Origin: a virus
Taxonomy: Duplodnaviria > Caudoviricetes
DNA length: 64,000 nucleotides
Direction: 5' to 3' (one strand)
IMG/VR virus record: IMGVR_UViG_3300037361_000044
Span: 32,001 to 96,000 of that record
The translations under genes and the position numbers were made by a program. Each line of letters begins with the position of its first letter. Within the stretch, counting starts at the first letter, position 1. The notes under the pieces were generated by a model. That model was not told where the DNA came from. It saw only the letters and a list, made by a program, of their open reading frames with translations, and did not search any database. This document shows positions 8,849-18,900 of this stretch, piece after piece.

Positions 8849-9254
8849 GTACACGCCCTACAGCCGCCAGTTGATCTCGCATGAGCTGGCAGAGCTGCAG
8901 GAAGCCGAGGCAATGGAGCAGGACTTCGTGGACTATATGGAGCGCAAACGGCGCCCTAAAGTCACTGACCCTTTTGTCGGGCAGCTGTGGCGGCCACAGC
9001 CCATGATCATGAGCCAACACGACTACGATGACATCGTGGCGTGGGGTGAATCAATAGAGAAAGAGGAAGCGAGGAAAGAGAAAATGCGCATAGGGAAGTT
9101 CCTTATCATGCAGCAGCCAGTAGTTGGCACTGCACGACCCGTGGGCTCGAACCCGGATGAAACACGCACTTTGCAGCCGTTTGGGTCACGTGCTGCCAGA
9201 AGACTTGACGCAAAGATGCTTCGAGCGAAGGCAAAAAAGGGGAAATGTCGATGA
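8835..9254 (+). CDS. hypothetical protein
   Basis: 139 aa; contains MIMSQHDYDDIVAWG. Confidence 0.55.
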   Translation: MHPPEYTPYSRQLISHELAELQEAEAMEQDFVDYMERKRRPKVTDPFVGQLWRPQPMIMSQHDYDDIVAWGESIEKEEARKEKMRIGKFLIMQQPVVGTARPVGSNPDETRTLQPFGSRAARRLDAKMLRAKAKKGKCR

Positions 9255-9913
9255 ACAGAGAAGAAGCCATAGTTTGGATGCTTCGGCATCCTAAAGAGAT
9301 TCTGCGCGGGGAATACAGGCGTGTCGACGGTAAGCGCCGCCTGGACTACTGGATGTTCTTCAATGGTCACATCGTGACAAGCCATACAGACGCCGGGGTC
9401 TACAAGGCAAGCGATGCCTGGCTTCGCCGAGAGCTTGTCAGCTTTTCCGTGCACCACGTGACGTTGACCGAGTGGGCTGGGGCTGCATGCACGGTCACAG
9501 ACTGCATAGGACCGTTCCTTCGTCTACCAAGGGACTTCATTGGTAGACGGGTACGCGTGGCTGCCACCCCAGTGACCGTCATGTCTGGCAAAGACGCCAT
9601 GATTTGGATGCTCAAGCATACTGGCTGGATGGTGCGCTCAATGAGTCAAGCACATGGCAAGTCCAACTACGATGAGTACTTCTTCAGCAACAAGCATCAA
9701 GGCTTTAGAGGGAGGAACGGGGGCAGGGCCCGCAGCTACGCAGTGGACGCCGCCTCTCTGATGACCCAGGGCTTCACCGTCAGTGACACTTGGAAGGATG
9801 TGCTTACTACAACGTCGGACGCGTCCGGGCCGTACGTGCGGCTACCTGCGTACTACGAAGAGCAGGAGATGAGGGTACACGTGACCCTCGTGCAGGGACA
9901 AGAGGCAGCATGA
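9245..9913 (+). CDS. hypothetical protein with two-fold internal repeat
   Basis: AIVWMLRH..GPFLRLP versus AMIWMLKH..GPYVRLP. Confidence 0.65.
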   Translation: MSMNREEAIVWMLRHPKEILRGEYRRVDGKRRLDYWMFFNGHIVTSHTDAGVYKASDAWLRRELVSFSVHHVTLTEWAGAACTVTDCIGPFLRLPRDFIGRRVRVAATPVTVMSGKDAMIWMLKHTGWMVRSMSQAHGKSNYDEYFFSNKHQGFRGRNGGRARSYAVDAASLMTQGFTVSDTWKDVLTTTSDASGPYVRLPAYYEEQEMRVHVTLVQGQEAA

Positions 9914-10926
9914 TAACCAGCATAAAAGTCGGGATGCACGTACGTGTGGTGATACGGGGCACGTACCGTGAGCAGGATTGGCACCACGCTGCGGTGGACG
10001 CGCTGCACGGCGTCACAGGTACTGTTTCGGTGATAGAGCCGGACAAGCTCATGTGTCTGGTGTCCTTCGACGCGCCCGTGGAGAAGTGGGCCATGCGCAG
10101 TTCTGATCCAGACCCCGAGGCAAACCAGCTCACCTGCTTCCATTTTCACTTTGGAGAGCTCGAAGAGCTTCTCGAGAAGCGCGGGGCAATTACGTGCCGT
10201 ACGGATGCAAGCAAGCCCAACAACAGCAATGCCGGTGAACTGCATGCCGTGGAGTTCTCGGACAGGTTACCGGGTAGCGTGGACCTGCTGTACCGGGAGG
10301 TGGCTGCTGGACCTCCTGCGGGGTTCTGCGTGGAAAAAGCACCACACGCAACGTGTCCTGCGTGCGAAATGGAGGCGGAGCTCGGCACAGAAGATGTCCC
10401 ACATCCGATAGACCCGCGGGTTCACAGCTGCGCATTGGACAAGCAGGGCACTACTAGGTACGTAGCTGGCTTCTTCTTCGACCCCACCTTCAGGTACGTG
10501 GCCTTGGTGCTGAAGAAGCGGCCTGACTGGCAGGCTGGCAAATGGAACGCTGTTGGCGGACATGTGGAGGATGGTGAACCGGCAGGCGCAGCCATGGCCA
10601 GGGAGTTCCATGAGGAGGCAGGCATCCTTCACTATCGTTGGCGGCACTTTGCCACCGTAGTGGCAGCTGGTGCTGAATCTCAGCTGGATGCCTACTTTGC
10701 TGTTGGCGCAGAAGATGAGTACATCCGCGTCAAGACCGACGAGCAAGTGGATTGGGTGTCAATAGAAGGTGTACGCGATGGTGAATGGCCCGTGGTTACC
10801 AACACGAGATGGCTGCTGGAGCTGGCTCTATCGATCTGTCGGGGCGTAGACCCCTGCCAGTCCTACCTTATTCAAGAGGAGACAAAAAGAGATGTCGAAA
10901 GCACACCTGTCACGCAGCCACAATGA
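9910..10926 (+). CDS. NUDIX hydrolase domain protein (C-terminal)
   Basis: Nudix box GGHVEDGEPAGAAMAREFHEEAG; upstream KRPDWQAGKWN. Confidence 0.85.
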   Translation: MITSIKVGMHVRVVIRGTYREQDWHHAAVDALHGVTGTVSVIEPDKLMCLVSFDAPVEKWAMRSSDPDPEANQLTCFHFHFGELEELLEKRGAITCRTDASKPNNSNAGELHAVEFSDRLPGSVDLLYREVAAGPPAGFCVEKAPHATCPACEMEAELGTEDVPHPIDPRVHSCALDKQGTTRYVAGFFFDPTFRYVALVLKKRPDWQAGKWNAVGGHVEDGEPAGAAMAREFHEEAGILHYRWRHFATVVAAGAESQLDAYFAVGAEDEYIRVKTDEQVDWVSIEGVRDGEWPVVTNTRWLLELALSICRGVDPCQSYLIQEETKRDVESTPVTQPQ

Positions 10927-11209
10927 GAAGGTGACGCTGGCCCTGGACATCTGTGAGTTTCTCAACGAGCTGGTGAACTTGGACCGCAATGCTGTGCAGC
11001 AGCTCGTGGCCCAGCGCGTCCCTTGTAACGAGGGGATAGTGAACCATCCCACCGCGCAGGTGCCTATGGACGAGGAGTTGTCGCCTTGTATTGGGCTGCT
11101 GGGAGTCCTCAACGGCCTGGTCGGTGGGGGCTACATCGTGGCCGTGTACGACAATGACAACGGTCAGTTGCAGTACTTCTTGGCCCGGCTGGGCAATGAG
11201 GAAAAATAG
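10892..11209 (+). CDS. conserved phage hypothetical protein
   Basis: RVPCN...HPT.QV...GLLGVLNGL motif. Confidence 0.7.
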   Translation: MSKAHLSRSHNEKVTLALDICEFLNELVNLDRNAVQQLVAQRVPCNEGIVNHPTAQVPMDEELSPCIGLLGVLNGLVGGGYIVAVYDNDNGQLQYFLARLGNEEK

Positions 11210-11330
11210 ACGATGCCAAAAGGGCGGAGGCAGAAAGCTAAGCACTGGAAGAACTTCGCCGACAAGCGTAAGTTTGCATTCTTTGCCCGTACCAAAGAGG
11301 CACGGGACCTATCAACGCAGGAGAAACCAG

Positions 11331-11717
11331 ATGACGACCAAGATAAGCTTCGAACCGTGGACGACAGAGATCCCTGACAGCAAGCTGGTGGAGGACCCTG
11401 AGGCCACCATCTACGAACAAGACCCTCGTGTGATTACCAACCACCAACCTGGGCAGTTGCCGGTGCCACCCAATCCCCCACCGCCGGTGGGCTGGGTGTA
11501 CTGGAAGAACCAGCCAGTATCGCACGCAGCAGCGTCATTGGCCAACAGCATGCTGCACGATCCAGGCATGTACCCCATGGGCACCTTCGTACGTATCTCA
11601 GTTGGCGGTGAAATCATTGGCGCGCGTGTGGAGTGGCATGACTTCCAAGGGGCGACTGGGAAGAGGGGCTGCTTCCGTGGTGTGAACCTGCTGAAGAAGG
11701 TGCCTGATGGCGTGTGA
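11331..11717 (+). CDS. hypothetical protein (Pro-rich linker)
   Basis: AGGAG RBS, ATG 11331. Confidence 0.65.
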   Translation: MTTKISFEPWTTEIPDSKLVEDPEATIYEQDPRVITNHQPGQLPVPPNPPPPVGWVYWKNQPVSHAAASLANSMLHDPGMYPMGTFVRISVGGEIIGARVEWHDFQGATGKRGCFRGVNLLKKVPDGV

Positions 11718-12360
11718 CCACTGCAAGACCGCTGAGCGTGAATGCGATTGCGGTGAAGGTCCTTGTCCTGACTGCTACGTCTCCATCTTCGGGGAGGAAG
11801 GACCTACCCCGGAGCAGCGGGCAGAGATCGAAGCCATCAACAAGGATGTGGATGAGTTCCTGGACGCCAACCCAGGGATTGAGCTGCTGCTGAACCAGCC
11901 TGGCGTGTATGTCAGCAGCCACATCATGGAGAGCGTACCTGGCATCCTGGAGGTCACACCTATGCAGTACAGCTTCGAGTCCCCAGTTGAGCACTGGAGC
12001 TCGAGCACACCGAACGTGCAGAACGTGCAGAACGTGCAGAACCCCCAAGGAACACCCACTGGTGAGTCTGAGCTGGTTATGGCCGACGTCTACGGCTCTG
12101 ACGTGCGCCTGCTGCGCAACTGGGACAAGTCCGTGAAAGCAGACGCATCACCATTTGCCGGTCTTGACCTGCCACTACATGACCGCCTCATCCTGCTGAT
12201 ACCCAACCTAGGTGCGTACCCGTCAAGTCCCGCGTTCAAGGAGGCAGTGGAGAGAGAAGCAGGGCCCTGCGATATCAAAGTCATCGGCACTGTTGTGCAG
12301 ATCACACGGCTCACGCCTAATCCAGACGGTACGCACCTGGAGATGCAGATCGAGTATTAG
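11707..12360 (+). CDS. hypothetical protein, N-terminal Cys cluster
   Basis: CDHC..CDC..CPDC; NVQ repeat. Confidence 0.6.
   Translation: MACDHCKTAERECDCGEGPCPDCYVSIFGEEGPTPEQRAEIEAINKDVDEFLDANPGIELLLNQPGVYVSSHIMESVPGILEVTPMQYSFESPVEHWSSSTPNVQNVQNVQNPQGTPTGESELVMADVYGSDVRLLRNWDKSVKADASPFAGLDLPLHDRLILLIPNLGAYPSSPAFKEAVEREAGPCDIKVIGTVVQITRLTPNPDGTHLEMQIEY
12012..12042 (+). repeat. 9-bp tandem repeat (GAACGTGCA)x3.4
   Basis: Directly visible; encodes NVQNVQNVQN. Confidence 0.95.
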
Positions 12361-12371
12361 GGAGACTGCAG

Positions 12372-12656
12372 ATGGAACATTTCGCACAGAATGCGCTGAA
12401 TCACCTCAAGAAGCATCCAGCAGACACATTGGATGGCCGCTCGCTAACCATCCTCGGCGAGGAGCTGCAGAAGGGCATCAAAGAGAACTTGTGGATCATA
12501 GGGGTGCTTGAGGAGCACGCTCCCGACCTTGATGTTCTGCAGGAATTCAAAGACGAGCTGAAAGCCATGGCCGAAGCCAAAGACAACATCGACCTGAACT
12601 TGAAGAGGAGAGCTTCTGAGTATGAAAAGAACAGCAGCACAACGCCGGAAGGATAA
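12372..12656 (+). CDS. hypothetical protein
   Basis: GGAG RBS, helical 94 aa. Confidence 0.6.
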   Translation: MEHFAQNALNHLKKHPADTLDGRSLTILGEELQKGIKENLWIIGVLEEHAPDLDVLQEFKDELKAMAEAKDNIDLNLKRRASEYEKNSSTTPEG

Positions 12657-12981
12657 GGCTCGCAACAAGATACGTCGCCAGCACTATGTAGTGTTGAGTC
12701 CACCACGTGGTCAGCCCAAGTACCAAGCGATACTCGATGACGCGGCGCACTTTGGCCCAGCTGGCTTTCTGAAGGTGGCTGGCTTGGTGCCTTCGGCCAC
12801 TGGCCGCATACCAATGCACAAGAGCTTGGACGAGTACTTCGAAGACATGGATAAGGAGCTGTCCAAGTTGCCTGAGTGTGAGCGCACTAAGGAGAACCAA
12901 GCTGTGCTCCTTGCAAACATAATTCGGGATGGTCTTGGCTTGCCGCCAGTACCGCTGCATAGGGAAAAGCCAGGTGGGTAA
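12622..12981 (+). CDS. hypothetical protein
   Basis: GAGGAG RBS, 119 aa. Confidence 0.55.
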   Translation: MKRTAAQRRKDKARNKIRRQHYVVLSPPRGQPKYQAILDDAAHFGPAGFLKVAGLVPSATGRIPMHKSLDEYFEDMDKELSKLPECERTKENQAVLLANIIRDGLGLPPVPLHREKPGG

Positions 12982-12985
12982 GTAC

Positions 12986-13260
12986 ATGAAGTCCAGCCCG
13001 CCTGCAGATCCTGGGACAATACGGATATCGTTCCAAATCCCGGAGGACCAGTGGGCTGAGTTCGAGAAGCTTACGGTCAAGCAGGCTGTCGCACCTTCAA
13101 GTTCGTACCTAGATACCAGCAGAACTACGATTGGGAGGACTGCAAAGCCACCGGCTACTACTCAGGCAACCCAGTATGGCTGAGTACTTGGCTCATGATC
13201 ATCACGGACAACACGCTACACGTGCTCATCAACGGCGTCATTCTGTACTACATCAAGTAA
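12986..13260 (+). pseudogene. frameshifted or truncated DUF3307-like membrane protein
   Basis: Start-less frame 13060..13260 encodes WEDCKATGY...PVWLSTWLMIITDNTLHVLIN; the ORF from ATG 12986 is in another frame. Confidence 0.5.
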
Positions 13261-13445
13261 GCCATGAACCCATTCGTAAGACCCAGCAAGAAAGCCCCAG
13301 GCAGGCCACGCAGTGTAGTGGGTGCCTCAACTCCCGATGCTCAACGCGCGGTGCATCCAGCAACTAGGGAGCAGGATGCGAGGAACCTCGACAAAGTACA
13401 GCAGGCTAGGGCTTTGAAGCCACCAACCCGAAAGGTGTCCCCAAG

Positions 13446-14321
13446 ATGAGTAGTAAAGCCGACCTGGTTGTGCTGCCGGGTCTTGTACTACCGTGGCGCG
13501 TAGCCAAGGGGTACTGGCAGCTGATAAGGAATGGGGTGTCTGTGAGTGTGCATCCGTACACCAGCTCATTCTCTGTGCAGCTTGCGCCCAACTGGCGTGA
13601 GGCAAAGAAGAGCGGCCGTTACACGTGCACACAGCATGCCGTAGATGGGTTGTTCGAATACTTGGTGGATAGCTGGCTGCTGGACGTGGTCATGGCTGAC
13701 GAGATAGATGGAACACAAGATGGACGAAAAAAAACACGAAGCATGATAGGCGATTACATCAAGAGCCTCCCTGAACCCAGTGAAGGCATGAAGCGCATGG
13801 CTGGAGTAGGCGCCGAGCACATACGTGGCAGGCTTGGGCTACCTCCAAAGAATGCGAGGTACGTGTTGGTACGCTTCTTCAAGCCCTTCATCCAGGCTAA
13901 GTGGTTTGGCATGGGCGGCAGGGAGGTAGGAGTAGCCTACTTTGGGGACCTTGAAGAGAAGTGGACTGTTGCCCTTTACGACATCCCTACGACAGTTGAC
14001 CCAGCTGCCGTTCTGCTGTTGCGCTTTGAACCACTGCAAGATGGGCCAGCCTTCAATGCTGGTCGCTGCTTCACGTGGACTGTGGGCATCGAAGACGTGG
14101 CAATTTGTCAGGTGCTATCGACGCGGGTGATGGAGGTGTTCAAAGCCTCTGACCCGTTCACCAGCAAGCGCATCGTTGGCTTCTCCAAGCTGGCGCCACA
14201 GGAGCCGTTGCCGCCCAGCGTAGGAGAAGTGGCGGTCAAGGTACTTGGAGAAGCCTTGGCACCAGTGCCTGAGTATCAGACTGACGCCTGGGGTGATGCA
14301 CTCGCAGCGCAGAGTACATGA
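13446..14321 (+). CDS. hypothetical protein
   Basis: 291-aa ORF, ATGA-coupled. Confidence 0.65.
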   Translation: MSSKADLVVLPGLVLPWRVAKGYWQLIRNGVSVSVHPYTSSFSVQLAPNWREAKKSGRYTCTQHAVDGLFEYLVDSWLLDVVMADEIDGTQDGRKKTRSMIGDYIKSLPEPSEGMKRMAGVGAEHIRGRLGLPPKNARYVLVRFFKPFIQAKWFGMGGREVGVAYFGDLEEKWTVALYDIPTTVDPAAVLLLRFEPLQDGPAFNAGRCFTWTVGIEDVAICQVLSTRVMEVFKASDPFTSKRIVGFSKLAPQEPLPPSVGEVAVKVLGEALAPVPEYQTDAWGDALAAQST

Positions 14322-14560
14322 AGCACGGCGTCATCCTCATCTCTGTACGTGAGCCTGGACCTAAGGATGACCCCAAGAACCCGTACCGTACAGGCGGGTG
14401 GGTTGTGGTCAAGGATGAAGCCATCTCAAGGTTGGTACAACCACAAGAACTAGCCGATGACATCCTGAGGAAGCGCGCGGCATTCGTGCCCGATGACGCC
14501 TGGGACATGCTTGGCTTGCCGCGAGAGCAGAAGAAAGAAGAGAATGATGCCAACAGTTGA
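14318..14560 (+). CDS. conserved phage hypothetical protein
   Basis: NPYRTGGWVVVKDEAI motif. Confidence 0.7.
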   Translation: MKHGVILISVREPGPKDDPKNPYRTGGWVVVKDEAISRLVQPQELADDILRKRAAFVPDDAWDMLGLPREQKKEENDANS

Positions 14561-15368
14561 AGTATACCGAGCAACCAAGAAGAACGACATCTGTGAAGGA
14601 TGCGGTGCATGCTGTGCCCCTGGTATCCTGGGGCAAAGGACTGGGCCCTACTTGGAGATTACACCCGATGACCTCAAGGATGACTTCAAGAGCAAGAAGA
14701 AGCTGGTGGTCAAGGACCAGATGTTCGGGGAGGGTGGCAAGCTATTCCTCCCAGTGATCCGCAGCAACCGTAACGACTTCACCCAATGCGAGCACCTAAT
14801 TGGCATGGTGCTGGGTGGAGGCCGTTGTAGCAGTTATGACACCCGGCCCACAGCTTGTCGTATCTTCGAACCAGGTGGGCACATGTGCCAGACGCTGAGA
14901 CAGGCATGGCTGGTACACCAGGACAAAGTGGTGTGGGAGAGGCTAGCTCATCCCGAGTACAGCCATGATGAGGCAGTCTACGCGGTGGTGGCCAACAGCA
15001 ACTGCCTAAACGTCTACTCCAAGGACCACCACATCCTCGAGTCCTTAGGCACAGGCCCCGATTATGTCCACCTGCGCAGGGTACGGGATGAGGAGCAACG
15101 CGCAAAGGAGACCAAGGTTGAGTACGCAACCCTGGACCTGCCCAAAGACACCGTGTCCCTGGTTGAGCGCAAGCGTATGTACCGCCCGGTGGGGGACTTC
15201 CGGAAGGCCCACATTGCGCACGAGGGTAAGGGCATAGACCCCTCCACGAGCTTTGCTGCCCAGGCTGAACGCAATGTACTGGCTACCCGCCGCCGCAAGG
15301 TGGCAGCCGCCAAGACACGCGCAGCTGAGAGCCCACGACCAAAACGGACAAAAACCAAGACCCGGTGA
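14544..15368 (+). CDS. YkgJ/CxxCxxCC family Zn/Fe-chelating protein
   Basis: CEGCGACC...CEHL...CSSYDTRPTACRIF. Confidence 0.8.
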   Translation: MMPTVEVYRATKKNDICEGCGACCAPGILGQRTGPYLEITPDDLKDDFKSKKKLVVKDQMFGEGGKLFLPVIRSNRNDFTQCEHLIGMVLGGGRCSSYDTRPTACRIFEPGGHMCQTLRQAWLVHQDKVVWERLAHPEYSHDEAVYAVVANSNCLNVYSKDHHILESLGTGPDYVHLRRVRDEEQRAKETKVEYATLDLPKDTVSLVERKRMYRPVGDFRKAHIAHEGKGIDPSTSFAAQAERNVLATRRRKVAAAKTRAAESPRPKRTKTKTR

Positions 15369-15382
15369 CCTCGTAGAGTAGT

Positions 15383-15412
15383 AGGGTCCTCCCATCCACC
15401 TGGGAGGGCCCT
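15383..15412. other. GC-rich hairpin without U-tract
   Basis: AGGGTCCTCCCA-tccacc-TGGGAGGGCCCT in the intergenic gap. Confidence 0.65.
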
Positions 15413-15447
15413 CTGCCCCTCAAAACCCCACCCAGAAAGCTAGCCCC

Positions 15448-15912
15448 ATGACCACCTCCCAAGACCTAAAAGAAGCCTTCGCACTCCTGGACTCCACCCC
15501 TATCAAGCTGGGCGGGAACAACCCTCCCAACACTGCCTCATTCGTAGACGATAACCCAGACAACCCTGTCCAAATCTGCGACTCCAAGGGCAATCAGCTC
15601 TTGCTCATGTCCCTCGAGGACTACGAGGCAGCAAGAGCCTGGAAGCCCGAGGTCGAAGTCACCAAGGAGGGGGATACCCTGGTAGTGGCGCAAATCACAT
15701 TTCCAGAGCCCCTGAACTACCTGGTGTACGTGGCTCCACAGCCCAATGACGAGCTCGCACGGCTGGAGGCCAAGGCCGTGGATGAAATCCTCAGAGGCAG
15801 CATACTCCCAGCCCACATGCTGCAAGGTGCCCCCTTCGGGAATGAAACACCCTTGCCGCCACCCCCAGCTAGGCTTCTGGACCCCAGCCTCAATACCAAG
15901 GACTCGAAGTAA
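15448..15912 (+). CDS. hypothetical protein
   Basis: 154 aa, stop 1 nt before the next ATG. Confidence 0.6.
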   Translation: MTTSQDLKEAFALLDSTPIKLGGNNPPNTASFVDDNPDNPVQICDSKGNQLLLMSLEDYEAARAWKPEVEVTKEGDTLVVAQITFPEPLNYLVYVAPQPNDELARLEAKAVDEILRGSILPAHMLQGAPFGNETPLPPPPARLLDPSLNTKDSK

Positions 15913-15913
15913 C

Positions 15914-18900
15914 ATGGCAAACTACACCTCAGCAGAGATTCAAGCAGCAGTTGAGAAGGTCGTGCGGTCATCCGTGCGGAATACTACCGGGGCCCTCGGT
16001 CAGCGGCAGGTTGAAACTTCATTCAGTGACCTGCAGGAGGCAGCCGCGGGTGTCTACATCCTGTACTTCAATGCCCCCTTCTACACCATCTACCTAGGGA
16101 CTACCCGCCTCACGGATGCTGCTGAAACCCAGGCCCAGACCATCAGTGCCCTCATTGATGCCGTCTATGCCACGGATAAGCTCGTAACCCCCATCACTGA
16201 CATCTCACCCATCGCTAACGCCAAGGCAGCCCTCCAAGAGCTCGAAGGCGCAGTCACGGCTAGGTCCCAGAGCTTCAGCGATATCACCAAGGTCCCTGCC
16301 TTCAGAAGGTATGCCCAGAACCTCACCAACTTCATCACCCAGAACGGGGCTAACTTGAAGGGAACCACCATCGACACGGATGAAGGGAGCGAGACGTACG
16401 GGCAGGCAGTCACCGGCATCACAGACACCCCCTCGGGGGCCCGCTCCAGGATTCCAGCCCTCGTGAGGCAGCTCAAGGACCAACATGACGAGCTCATCCG
16501 CCGCGCCAAGCTCCTTTCAGTGGCTCTGGAAGACTTCGGGAGCATGAACCTGCCTCAAGTGGCTGCTCAGGGCGTCATCTCAAGAGCACGCCAGGTTCTG
16601 GACTCCCGCTACGCCGAGCTCGAGGCCCTCAATGAGAATCAGCGCCTGGAGAACCTGCGGGCCATTGTTCTCGATCTCCTCACCCAGCAACCCATCGTCG
16701 AGCAGTACGGGGCTGCACAGGCTCCAAGCCAGTATGTGACCACCCGAGGCATGGCTGTGGCCTACAGCGATGGGACTCACCCAGCTACGCCTGCGGCCTT
16801 GGCCTCCTTGTTGAGGGGCCCTTATCCGACCACGAGCACCAGCCACATCATCGACCTCACCCTGGATGGAGCCACGGCCATCTCCTACCCGCTGCCCATC
16901 TCATTGGTGGCTGAGCTTCAGGGGATACTCACGGCTCCATTCAACATCGATTCAACCAACAACGCGCTGACCATCCTCTTTGGGGATCCCGACGCCTCCC
17001 CAATCACCTTTCACGTAACCCTGCCCTCGGGACTGCACAGTGCCCAGGACTTGGCAGCAGCCGTCAACACAATGACGGGCAGCTCTGGGCTCACATGCGA
17101 GGCCACGTTCTCACCCCTTCGCTACCAATCGAACGTTGTAGTCACCAGCCTGGGTGGGAACAACGCCAGGTTCATAGTCATAGCTGGGGCTCTGACTGGG
17201 CTCGGCATTGACGACGCCTGCGAGATTGATGTGCTCTCGGGTCCTGATGCAGGGACCACATGGACAGTCACAGCTGTAGACCCAGCCGGGGCTTACATGG
17301 ACGCAACTGGATCAGCTCCAGTGACACCCGTGGGTTTGCCAGATGGCATCGAAGTCAAGGTTGGCCCCGCGACTAGGTCACTGCTGCTCAGGGATACGCA
17401 AGAGGCCATAAGCGTGGGCATGCGCAGAGCCATCCAACTGCCAGTGACCAATGGGGTGGAGGACTTGGGTGCAGCCACGCTCGGTTGGTACCCAGGGGCC
17501 TACTCACGCTCGAGACCAGTGGCAGCCAAGGACATCGCCGACAACATCACGGCTTCAAGCACGCAGATGGGAGCAAGCGCTGTATTCGAGACGGCCGTGT
17601 ACGAGGGTGCTGCACGCTCGAGCACAGCAGATGCCGGCATGGTTGTACTATCCAAGTTCCAAGGTAGTGGCACCATCACTGGTGGGCTCACAGCAACATT
17701 CACGTACATAGGTTCTTTCGACGTGGAGCTCTGGGAGGTGTTCGTCATTCGTGGCAGCATCACAGCTGCAGACGTAAACCGCTGGGGCATTGTGTCTTCA
17801 GTCACCTATGGGGCAACTACAACCACTGTGGTTGTGACCTTCTCCCAGGCAGTCACTGCAGGGGACGTGGACATCGAGACTGGTCCTAATGCCTACTTTA
17901 CCTTTGGCGATGTGCTGAAGATCACGAGTGGCAACAACCAAGGGCGCTACGTGGTGCGTGAGGATCGCGGGGTTGGTACAACATGCCCATTGGAGGTGCT
18001 GCTTGAATCGGCTGTGCCTGCGCCCAAGGATGGTGCCAACGCTGTGAGCTTCAACGTGCAGCTAGGCCAGGAGTATGTGGTATTCCAAAGCAAGAGCAAG
18101 CTCAATACCAGTAGAGTGACCGTGACTGGCGGCAGTGCTTCATCCTTGTTCTTCCCTACGTTGCCAGCCACAGCAGCAGGTACAACACCATACCTACGCT
18201 TCGAGTCATTCCCTTCGGGCGCCACTGTTGGGGATGTGCTTCAGATCTTCCAAACCGACTACAGCGTTGTTACTAGGCAGTTCGACATCAAGACGCTGGA
18301 GCAGGGTACGCGCGTGGTGAAGGTGAGCCCAGACTTCGAGGTGACTGCCAGCTACTCCTTTGCATTCGACACGCCAGCGCCCTTTGGGCGCATTCGGGTA
18401 TCCAAGGTTGCTGACTACACCACGTTGAAGAGCCGCCTCACGGCGTGGCTGGCCCTTGCCCCGCAGCAGGAGTTGTACTGGCGTAGCTTGACTGCTGTGC
18501 TCAACCCGGTGCTGAGCAACAACAACCCCACAGCCCAGCAGGTGAACGACGCTGTGCACCTACTGCTAACCATGCTCGAGGAGCTCACTGAGAGCGGGGC
18601 TGCTCTCACCTCGGCGGATGCCACAAAGACTCTGCGGTATGCGCTCGTGGAGTACGTGGCCCCAGCAGAGGAGCCTGTGGATACACTGCTCACCACTTTC
18701 AGGCATAAGGGAGCTGATAGGGCGATTGACCTCCTACTTGAGGGGCAGTTCAGTGTCTTCTTTGGTTTGGACGCCGATGGCGTCAGCTATTCGGGCCGGC
18801 TGTTGAGCAGCCTGCGCACGATGACCAGAGAAGACCTGCCAGTACGCAAGTTTGGCAGAGGCAAGGCTGCACAGACCCTCATCGGGCAGTCACAGGAGCA

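Noticed and set aside
18702-18709. GGCATAAG inside the large structural gene
   Set aside because: Lacks the upstream AA box and is about 290 nt from the next start; likely chance
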